DNA from: Alphaproteobacteria bacterium
GTDB lineage: Bacteria > Pseudomonadota > Alphaproteobacteria > Rhizobiales > JAKIUO01
Direction: 5' to 3'
NCBI GenBank assembly: GCA_024280895.1
Contig: JAJRPI010000056.1
Span: 29,314-93,313 of the forward strand
Length of the DNA stretch: 64,000 nt
Position 1 is the stretch's first letter; each line of letters begins with the position of its first letter. Both the position numbers and the translations under genes were made by a program. This document shows, piece by piece, positions 20,158 to 27,666 of the stretch. The notes beneath the pieces are model-generated. The model saw nothing but the letters and a program-made list of their open reading frames with translations. It was not told where the DNA came from and ran no database searches.

Positions 20158-21087
20158 CTACTTTTTGCCAAGACATGATAAAAAGGCTCGGGCGATATTT
20201 CTTAGCAAAGAGAAATAGAGCTCCGGGCCTTTTTCTATGTGCGCTCCGATTGTATCAAGACTGGCGGTTCGCACGCTTGCTCCCTCGACCACAAGATCAA
20301 CCAGCTTTGAGCGAAATTGTGGTTCGGAAAAAACGCAAATGATATGCTGGGTTTTTATTTTTTGCTGCAAATCCCTCAGATGGCGGGCACCGGGCTGCTG
20401 GTCCAGATGGACGGCAATGGATCCGGCATAGTTCAGATTGAAGCGCCGTTCAAAATAGATAAGGGCATCATGAAAGCTCAAATAGGGGCGCTCCCTGACC
20501 GGGATCAAATCGCTCTGTATCTGAGCTGTCAGTCTATCAAGCCGGGCGATCATTTGTTTGCTATTTTGCCAGTAAAGAGATTTGTGCGTTGGATCGAGCG
20601 AAGACAAAGCGGTAGCGATTGCGATGACAAAACCACGCGCATTTTGAGGGTCCAGCCAGATATGGGGGTCAATTGTGCGGGGCTTTAATCTGGTTGCGTG
20701 TTTGGAATGACGTGCTTCCTCGCTGTGGATCACATGGCGGGTACGAAATTTTGTGTTGGCAAGGGTGAGAATTTGAGATTTTCCAGCCAGAGATTTTAAA
20801 GGTTCAATGAGAAAAGTTTCAATCGCTGGCCCGACCTGTACGACAAGGTCAGCGCTTTGCAAGGCCGCCGCATCAGATGGTTTGAGGGCATAGGTATGAG
20901 GGGAGCCACTTGCCACCAGTAAATGAGGGTTGCCAGCACCAAGCATGACCCCTGCGACCAATGAATGAATAGGTTTGATGGTCGCCACAACATTGATTTT
21001 GGCGCGCACTGGTTGCGCAAATGCCAGCATCAGTAAGACGCAACTTGAGAGCAGAGTGACTGATATCTTTGAATATTTACTGCTCAC
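20158..21087 (-). CDS. znuA: Zinc ABC transporter substrate-binding protein
   Basis: GTG start after AGGAG gives VSSKYSKISVTLLSSCVLLMLAFAQPVRA (signal peptide). ZnuA/TroA-family body (DPHIWLDP, SFHDALIYF). The longer ATG-initiated ORF would run through the Zur box. Confidence 0.85.
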   Translation of the reverse strand: MSSKYSKISVTLLSSCVLLMLAFAQPVRAKINVVATIKPIHSLVAGVMLGAGNPHLLVASGSPHTYALKPSDAAALQSADLVVQVGPAIETFLIEPLKSLAGKSQILTLANTKFRTRHVIHSEEARHSKHATRLKPRTIDPHIWLDPQNARGFVIAIATALSSLDPTHKSLYWQNSKQMIARLDRLTAQIQSDLIPVRERPYLSFHDALIYFERRFNLNYAGSIAVHLDQQPGARHLRDLQQKIKTQHIICVFSEPQFRSKLVDLVVEGASVRTASLDTIGAHIEKGPELYFSLLRNIARAFLSCLGKK

Positions 21088-21119
21088 ACCATGCTCCTGA
21101 GGCTTTGTGGACCGATCAT

Positions 21120-21140
21120 AAATGTTATGATATAACATAA
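21120..21140. promoter_or_regulatory. Zur box in the znuA/znuC divergent promoter region
   Basis: aaATGTTATgatATAACATaa. The 7-3-7 inverted repeat is perfect and matches the classic Zur operator core ATGTTAT-N3-ATAACAT. It lies 33 nt from the znuA start and about 40 nt from the znuC start. Confidence 0.85.
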
Positions 21141-21180
21141 CGAAATACAAGGGATCATGTCGCTGTTCTGGAGGCCACTG

Positions 21181-22041
21181 GTGAACGAAGCCGAAGAAAA
21201 AATATCTGCAATGAGAGGATTTGAGAGTGCTTTTGAGCTTGTTCGTGCTGAGCGTATCGGTATCCAGCGCGATGGCCGATGGCTGGTGCGTCATGTTGAT
21301 TTGCGGGTTCGTGCGGGTGAAATCGTTACGCTGATTGGCCCCAATGGGTCTGGGAAATCGACAACGGCCAAGACTATTCTTGGATTACTACCTCTTGACG
21401 AGGGCAAGGTTCACATGAGTAAAAATCTGCGCATTGGCTATGTGCCGCAATCTTTGGCGATCGATCCCAACCTGCCGCTGACGGTCAAGCGCTTGATGAC
21501 ATTGACTGCCCGCTATCCCCTTGAGGAGATCAAGGCGGCTTTACGTTCTGTGGGGGCCTTGCACACGCTTGATAGTGCCGTTCAAGAACTGTCAGGCGGG
21601 GAATTTCAACGGGTCTTGCTGGCCCGCGCCATCATAGCAAAACCGCAACTCCTGGTTCTTGATGAGCCTGTTCAAGGTGTCGATTATGCTGGAGAAATTT
21701 CATTATATGAACTCATTGGCTCGCTACGCGATCAGTTGAATTGCGGCATATTGCTGATCTCTCATGATCTTCATATCGTCATGGCGGCCACCGATACAGT
21801 GGTGTGTCTGAACGGCCATGTCTGTTGCCAGGGCACTCCTCAACGCGTGGCCAATGACCCGGAATATCACCGATTATTCGGGGTGAGGGCAGCTGATACG
21901 CTGGCTCTATATCATCACGATCATGATCATCATCATCACGCCGATGGATCGATTATCGCGCAAGGCGAGACCTGTGAGTGTCCGCCAGACGGGGAGTTGG
22001 AACAGCAAAAAACCGGCGAAAGGGATGGCGACAATGTTTGA
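21181..22041 (+). CDS. znuC: Zinc ABC transporter ATPase with a His/Cys-rich C-terminal extension
   Basis: GGAGG 6 nt before GTG 21181 (alternative starts are 21157 and 21211). Walker A GPNGSGKST. Signature LSGGEFQR. Walker B LLVLDEP. Tail HHDHDHHHHADG...CEC. Confidence 0.88.
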   Translation: MNEAEEKISAMRGFESAFELVRAERIGIQRDGRWLVRHVDLRVRAGEIVTLIGPNGSGKSTTAKTILGLLPLDEGKVHMSKNLRIGYVPQSLAIDPNLPLTVKRLMTLTARYPLEEIKAALRSVGALHTLDSAVQELSGGEFQRVLLARAIIAKPQLLVLDEPVQGVDYAGEISLYELIGSLRDQLNCGILLISHDLHIVMAATDTVVCLNGHVCCQGTPQRVANDPEYHRLFGVRAADTLALYHHDHDHHHHADGSIIAQGETCECPPDGELEQQKTGERDGDNV

Positions 22042-22831
22042 TGATTTTTTTGCCCGTGCCATGATGGCTGGTATTGGCGTGGCGCTGATCGCAGCGCCGC
22101 TTGGCTGCTTTATTGTCTGGCGGCGCATGGCTTATTTCGGTGATACGATTTCCCATTCGGCCCTGCTCGGTGTGGCGCTTGGTTTTTTGTTGCAGATTAA
22201 TATCAGCGTGGCGGTGTTCGTGATTGCGGCGCTTGTTTCTCTTTCTCTTTTGACCTTGCAAAAGCATGCAAAGCTTTCAAGCGACTCTCTTTTGGGAATT
22301 TTATCCCATTCGGCGCTGGCAGCAGGTCTGGTGGTAATTGCCTTTATGCCGGGCCTGCGCATTGATCTCATGGGCTATCTGTTTGGTGATATTCTGGCGG
22401 TCTCGCGCGGGGATATTGCGATCATCTATGGCGGTGGATTATTGGTGTTGGCAATATTGGCATGGATCTGGCGGCCTTTGCTGGCCGAGACGGTGAGCCA
22501 TGATCTGGCCAAGGCCGAGGGGTTGAAGCCGGAATTCACACGGTTTGTCTTCATGTTGCTGGTGGCGCTGATCGTCGCCATTGCCATGAAAATTGTTGGC
22601 ATCTTGTTGATTACAGCTTTGCTGATTATTCCAGCCAGTACGGCGCGCCGTTTTGCGGCCACTCCAGAAACGATGGCTATTGGCGCAATGGTCGCGGGCG
22701 TTTTGGCGGTGGTCGCCGGGCTTTACGGGTCCTTGACATTTGATACGCCGTCCGGCCCCTCGATTGTGGTGGCAGCATTGATACTGTTTCTTGGTGTCTC
22801 CATTGCGCCGCTAAAAAAGGCAGCGGGTTGA
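22034..22831 (+). CDS. znuB: Zinc ABC transporter permease
   Basis: Start MFDDFFARAMMAGIGVAL overlaps the znuC stop by 8 nt. ABC-3 family polytopic permease. Confidence 0.88.
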   Translation: MFDDFFARAMMAGIGVALIAAPLGCFIVWRRMAYFGDTISHSALLGVALGFLLQINISVAVFVIAALVSLSLLTLQKHAKLSSDSLLGILSHSALAAGLVVIAFMPGLRIDLMGYLFGDILAVSRGDIAIIYGGGLLVLAILAWIWRPLLAETVSHDLAKAEGLKPEFTRFVFMLLVALIVAIAMKIVGILLITALLIIPASTARRFAATPETMAIGAMVAGVLAVVAGLYGSLTFDTPSGPSIVVAALILFLGVSIAPLKKAAG

Positions 22832-22832
22832 T

Positions 22833-23231
22833 ATGAGCAAAATGTCCTTGACCAAAAATCAGCAGATCGTCTTTTCGGCCCTGATCAGTGCCAAAGGCCC
22901 GCTCACAGCCTATAAAATTCTCGATCTGGCCCGCGTCAAGCGCGAAGGGTTAAAGGCGCCGCTGACCATTTATCGGGCTCTTGATGGATTGCTGCAAAAG
23001 GGGCTGGCCCATCGTATTGAGAGCCTCAACGCTTTTGTTGCCTGTTCCAGTGCGCCACATAAAGAGGCCGCCAGCTTCATGATCTGCGAGCAATGCGGGA
23101 TGACGTTGGAATTGCCCATCTATGCGTGTGAAGTGCCCTTGCGCCAACAGGCCTCAAGTGCTGGTTTCCATCTCCACAAGATCAATATTGAGATGCTTGG
23201 ACTATGTTCCGATTGCGGCAAAAATCACTAA
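22833..23231 (+). CDS. zur: Fur-family zinc uptake regulator
   Basis: 132 aa. Winged-helix N-terminus, then CEQCG...CSDCG metal-site Cys pairs. Immediately follows znuB. Confidence 0.85.
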   Translation: MSKMSLTKNQQIVFSALISAKGPLTAYKILDLARVKREGLKAPLTIYRALDGLLQKGLAHRIESLNAFVACSSAPHKEAASFMICEQCGMTLELPIYACEVPLRQQASSAGFHLHKINIEMLGLCSDCGKNH

Positions 23232-23353
23232 AACATTGACAAATAAGGACATTGAGCGCTTTCTCCCTGCGACACTGTAGCGATTGTGTAATACGCGTAT
23301 CGGTATATAAAACGGCCAGAAAATATCTTTGGAAGTTTTGAGAGGGTGATAAA

Positions 23354-23731
23354 ATGCGTAATGTGATTATGACGGGCCTGTTTGCTCTGGTCGTTTTGGG
23401 TTGGACAGCAGATAGCTCACAAGCTGGCAGAAAGCCAACTGGTTGCCTCCCCTCCATCGTCAAACAGCGCCTTGCACAGGTTCGCAAGAAATTTGGTCCC
23501 GTTACCATTATTTCCACCAAGCGCAGCGGTGCTCGCATTGCCGGCACTGGTCGCCGCTCCAAGCATGCCGATTGCCGCGCTGTCGATTTTAAGGTCAGAA
23601 ACAAAATGAAAGCCTGGCGCTGGCTCAACAAAAACCATAATGGCGGTGTTGGCCTCTATCACGGCACTTGCAGCCATATCCACATTGATAATGGCCCGCG
23701 CGCCCGCTGGAACCGCAATTATTGCGGCTAG
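23354..23731 (+). CDS. Secreted peptidase M15A/DUF882-like zinc metallopeptidase
   Basis: Signal peptide. H-x6-D (SKHADCRAVDF) and a distal HxH (CSHIHID) resemble the LAS-type zinc site. Confidence 0.6.
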   Translation: MRNVIMTGLFALVVLGWTADSSQAGRKPTGCLPSIVKQRLAQVRKKFGPVTIISTKRSGARIAGTGRRSKHADCRAVDFKVRNKMKAWRWLNKNHNGGVGLYHGTCSHIHIDNGPRARWNRNYCG

Positions 23732-23758
23732 CATATTGTCTGGTGCGCGGCGCTGAAT

Positions 23759-23929
23759 TAATCGCCTGCGCGGCGGGCGGAAAAGGGCGTCTTTGGTTGC
23801 GCTACCGCTTCGCTATTTCAGCGCGGTCCCTTTCTTCTCCATTTTGTGGGAGTTGTATTGGGGGCCGCAACACATCCCCTAAAGATGGGTTCCAAGGGCT
23901 CGCCCTTGGTGCTGTCCGCATAGGACGCC
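23759..23929. repeat. Composite REP-like element, left copy, flanking the nas cluster
   Basis: The end modules aatcgcctgcgcggcgggcggaaaagggc (23759-23787) and gggttccaagggctcgcccttggtgctgtccgcataggacgcc (23887-23929) recur inverted at 34782-34810 and 34528-34570. Confidence 0.85.
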
Positions 23930-23972
23930 TGGCCCCGCAGCGGGATGGTGGGCGGCAAGCGCATTCCTCACC

Positions 23973-25676
23973 TCACCTGAGCAATTGCAGCAAATTCAGC
24001 AATAGCAAAATTAGCGCTGTGATTTTCCAAAATGATACCGGGTTGCGCTGCAGCAGGGGTTGGCTGGCCACTTCTAGACTAGCCGGGTTTGGCTTTTCCA
24101 GATCAGTTAAAAATTGTGACATTAGCGAATAACGCTTGCTCTGCTGCCTGGCAACCGCTTTGCCAAGCGCCCATGAGACATGGCGCGGGATGTTATTATT
24201 GTGCTCATGGGCTGGTGTCAGGGGCAGTTTTGCCACATCTTTCTTGCTCGCAAAGCCTTTGCCATAGGGGTGCTTGCCCGTCAGCATTTCATAGGTGATG
24301 ACCCCAAGGGAATAGAGGTCTGACCCGCTGGTTGGTTTTTGGCCCAATAGATATTCTGGTGCGCTATAGTCCCTTGTTCCCAGCAATTCGGGGAGTTTGT
24401 GGGCACCCTCGACTTCTTGCAGGCCGGCGACGCGCGTAGAGCCAAAATCGATGATTTTAACTGTGCCATGCTGGTCGATGAGGATATTGTCGGGTTTTAA
24501 ATCCTGATGGATCATTTCCTTGCGATGAAAAGCCCGTAACCCCATGGCGATCTGGCTGACAATTTCGCGCACTTCAACGATGCCGGGTTGCGGGTGGTCA
24601 TGTATCCATTGTGTGAGGGTCTGGCCTTCTACATAATCCAGAACCGTATAGAGGAATTTGCGTGATCGCCCCTTGTGGCGCACCTTCAAGACATGGGGGC
24701 TGTCAATTTGCGAACCGATCCATTCTTCGCGGGTGAATAATTCTATATAGGCGGGATCGTCTTCGAAATTGACGGACGGTGTTTTGAGCACCACGCGCTC
24801 ATTTGTTTTGACGTCCACCGCCAGATATACCTGTGACCGTGACGATAGATAAAGATCGCGCTCAATGCGAAAGCCGTCCATTACCATGCCGGGCTCGAGT
24901 TCAGGGGGGAAGGGGCGATCGGTCAGTTTTTGCAGATGAGCTTCTTCCGAGAGGGTGCCTGGATCATCGATGCGCACGATCTGACATGACAGATTGTCAC
25001 CACTGCCAGCTTCATGGGCAGCGTCAGTAAGTGCCTTGGCAGCCGTCTCCAGATTGTCATGCTCAAGAACAAGTTTGCGGATCTCACCATCGCGCAAAAA
25101 GTCATGCACGCCATCAGTGGAAAACAGCAAGATGTCCCCAGCCTGCAAAGGCCTGGAGTGATAATCGACTTCCAGTGCCGGGTCGATGCCAAAGGCTCGC
25201 GAGAGCATGTCGCGTCCACGCGATAAATGCACGCGGTGATCTCTGGTTAATTGGCGCAATGTGCGGCCGCGCAACAGATAGATGCGGCTGTCACCGGCAT
25301 GGAAAATATGGGCCATGGCCCCCTTGAGCACGAGCCCTGAAAAGGTTGTGACCATGGCGCGGTCAGAGGTGTATTGCGCCTGACCTTGCGAATAGAGCCA
25401 GCGATTGACCGCCGTCAGGACGCGGCTGACAGATGTTTTGACGGTCCAGCTTTCATGGGTGCAGTAATAGTCCATGAGAAAGGATTTGACGAGGGTTTCG
25501 GAGGCTTCCTTGCCAGCTTCAGAGGTGCTCATGCCATCGGCAATGGCCATGGCAATCCCTTTGCTTTCGAGCAGGGCGCGGTCTGGCACGATGATGCCAT
25601 AGCTGTCATCATTGCGCTCTTTGCGACCCTTCGTAGAATGAAGGCCAATGGTGATTTTAGGGCCGTTTGTCATCAA
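23973..25676 (-). CDS. Bifunctional PP2C-type phosphatase / Ser-Thr protein kinase with a C-terminal TM helix
   Basis: N-terminal PP2C motifs (RNDDSYGI, AIADGMS, DGV). Kinase motifs (VVLKTP, HQDLKPDNILI, DFGSTR, APE). C-terminal WKITALILLLLNLLQLL. Confidence 0.85.
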   Translation of the reverse strand: MMTNGPKITIGLHSTKGRKERNDDSYGIIVPDRALLESKGIAMAIADGMSTSEAGKEASETLVKSFLMDYYCTHESWTVKTSVSRVLTAVNRWLYSQGQAQYTSDRAMVTTFSGLVLKGAMAHIFHAGDSRIYLLRGRTLRQLTRDHRVHLSRGRDMLSRAFGIDPALEVDYHSRPLQAGDILLFSTDGVHDFLRDGEIRKLVLEHDNLETAAKALTDAAHEAGSGDNLSCQIVRIDDPGTLSEEAHLQKLTDRPFPPELEPGMVMDGFRIERDLYLSSRSQVYLAVDVKTNERVVLKTPSVNFEDDPAYIELFTREEWIGSQIDSPHVLKVRHKGRSRKFLYTVLDYVEGQTLTQWIHDHPQPGIVEVREIVSQIAMGLRAFHRKEMIHQDLKPDNILIDQHGTVKIIDFGSTRVAGLQEVEGAHKLPELLGTRDYSAPEYLLGQKPTSGSDLYSLGVITYEMLTGKHPYGKGFASKKDVAKLPLTPAHEHNNNIPRHVSWALGKAVARQQSKRYSLMSQFLTDLEKPNPASLEVASQPLLQRNPVSFWKITALILLLLNLLQLLR

Positions 25677-25689
25677 CTACCATTTCTCT

Positions 25690-27171
25690 TTAACTAACAT
25701 CAATCATCTCGACCGTGCCATCGGGCAGCACCTCTGCCATTTGACCACTTGGTTCATCAAGAAAGAACTGCACTGCAAGTAGTGTGACAATGGCCGCCCC
25801 GGCAATGGTCAAAAAGAATATTTTAGGAGCGACAAATGACAAAACGGTCAAGAAGATAACACCGCCGACATTGCCATAGGCCCCAACCATGCCAGCGATC
25901 TGGCCTGTCATGCGTCGCCGGATCAAGGGCACCATGCCAAATATTGCCCCCGAGCCAGCCTGACCCAGAAACGAGCATATCATGGTAATGCCTACAACCA
26001 GAGGCAGCCAAAAGGCGCTGGTGACCTGTGAGAGCACAAGATAGCCTACCACCATCCCCGCCAGCAGTACCGACAAGGTTTTTTTGCGCCCGAAGTGATC
26101 GCTGACCAGACCGCCGCCGGGGCGCGCGATCAAATTGGTAAACGCGAAGGCGGAGGCCAGTAGACCCGCTGTGATCAAGTCCAGCTCGAACACATCGGTA
26201 TAATAGAGCGGCAGCATGGAAACCACAGCCAGTTCTGATCCAAATGTCACCATATAGGCAAGATCAAGCACGGCCACCTGTTTGAAGGAATAACGCTCGA
26301 TTGCAGGCACGCTGTTTGCGAATATATGGCCGTTTATTTTATATATCTGCGCGATTTGCAGGCCATAGAGCGCCAGTAAAAGCGCATAGATTGCGTAGGT
26401 TGCACCAATGCCCAGCAGGTTCATATTGGCGGGGGATAATTTCCACGCCAGAACAGCCAGTGCCAGAAAAATCGGAGCCTGCATGAGGCAGGATAAGAAA
26501 AAATCGCCGGGACTGGAGATCTCCATCGCACCAACTTTTTTGGGTTTGAAATAGGTCGAGCCCTTTGGGGTATCGGTGACCGAGAAAAAATAGATGACCC
26601 CATAGATAAGCGCAATGAGGCCGGTTATGGCCACTGCATAGCGCCAGCCATCATCGCCGCCAATCCACAGGGCGATCATCGGCAGGCTGATGGCAGCCCC
26701 AGCTGAGCCAAAATTGCCCCAGCCGCCGTAAATCCCTTGCGCGAGGCCGGTTTGTTTGGCGGGAAACCACTCGGAGATCATGCGGATGCCAATGACAAAG
26801 CCAGCGCCAGCAAAGCCCAGTAAAAAGCGGGTCAGCGCCAGCGTCTGGAAATCCTTGGCCAGAGCAAACATGAAGCATAAAAAGCTGGAGATAATCAGCA
26901 GCGAGGAGAAGGTGTTTCTGGGGCCGAACCGGTCTACCAGCATGCCAATGATCACGCGGGCGGGGATGGTCAGTGCCAGATTGAGGATCAGCAGGGTTTT
27001 TACTTCTTGTGAGGACAGGCCAAGGGTCTCGCGGATCGAGCCGAGCAATGGCGCCATGTTGAACCAGACCAAAAAGCTGATAAAAAAGGCCATCCAGGTG
27101 TAATGCAGTATTTGAATATTGGGCCGCTTGAGCGCAAGCAGATTGAGGCTTTGAGCGGTTTGTTGTGACAT
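25690..27171 (-). CDS. narK: MFS nitrate/nitrite transporter (NNP family, NarK/NasA/NrtP type)
   Basis: 493 aa, about 12 TM helices. NNP-like Gly-rich motifs (GFAGAGFVIG, GGWGNFG, VGAYGNVGG). Sits in a nas context. Confidence 0.88.
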   Translation of the reverse strand: MSQQTAQSLNLLALKRPNIQILHYTWMAFFISFLVWFNMAPLLGSIRETLGLSSQEVKTLLILNLALTIPARVIIGMLVDRFGPRNTFSSLLIISSFLCFMFALAKDFQTLALTRFLLGFAGAGFVIGIRMISEWFPAKQTGLAQGIYGGWGNFGSAGAAISLPMIALWIGGDDGWRYAVAITGLIALIYGVIYFFSVTDTPKGSTYFKPKKVGAMEISSPGDFFLSCLMQAPIFLALAVLAWKLSPANMNLLGIGATYAIYALLLALYGLQIAQIYKINGHIFANSVPAIERYSFKQVAVLDLAYMVTFGSELAVVSMLPLYYTDVFELDLITAGLLASAFAFTNLIARPGGGLVSDHFGRKKTLSVLLAGMVVGYLVLSQVTSAFWLPLVVGITMICSFLGQAGSGAIFGMVPLIRRRMTGQIAGMVGAYGNVGGVIFLTVLSFVAPKIFFLTIAGAAIVTLLAVQFFLDEPSGQMAEVLPDGTVEMIDVS

Positions 27172-27230
27172 TAATCGTTTCCTTGGGTTGCAAAGAGGCT
27201 ATTCGCAAATGGTTAACTCAGACATGTTTC

Positions 27231-27246
27231 AGCAAAGCCCGTGCCA
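27231..27246 (-). promoter_or_regulatory. Sigma-54 (-24/-12) promoter for narK and the kinase gene
   Basis: The minus strand reads TGGCACgggctTTGCT, a perfect fit to TGGCAC-N5-TTGCW. It lies about 60 nt upstream of the narK ATG. Confidence 0.75.
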
Positions 27247-27515
27247 TTTCGCATATAAAATAGCAAGCCATTGATATTGCGTGAAAAATAAAGAATGGTG
27301 CCGTGCCGAGTGAGGGGGTGCCTCCCTTTTTCCTGCTCAACCAGTCGGCAAAAGATTAAAAAATAGGCACGCATGCTAGGTGATTAAATTACAGGCATAA
27401 TTTATATTAATATGCTTGAATATTAGGCCGGGAAACTTTTATATGAGGACGGTTGAAATGCTGTAAAACAAATAAAAATAAGTAAAAACAAATAGATATG
27501 AGTGATCATTTGTTC

Positions 27516-27531
27516 TGGCATGATCGTTGCA
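27516..27531 (+). promoter_or_regulatory. Sigma-54 (-24/-12) promoter for nirBD-nasA
   Basis: TGGCATgatcgTTGCA with GG-N10-GC spacing. It lies about 135 nt upstream of the nirB ATG. Confidence 0.7.
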
Positions 27532-27561
27532 AATTCATTAACGAACAGGTTTAAGACCGAT

Positions 27562-27591
27562 GCCTTGCTGAGTGCCAAGGTCAATTTTTTA
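27562..27591 (+). terminator. Candidate leader attenuator hairpin plus T-run in the nirB 5' leader
   Basis: gCCTTGctgagtgcCAAGGt followed by caaTTTTTTa. The stem is only 5-6 bp, so this is weak. Confidence 0.25.
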
Positions 27592-27666
27592 TCGTTGAAA
27601 CAGGAGCTGCGGCAGGTCTCGATAAGAGGCCGGTGGGGTCTGAAACAGCCACATGAAGGGCAAGAA

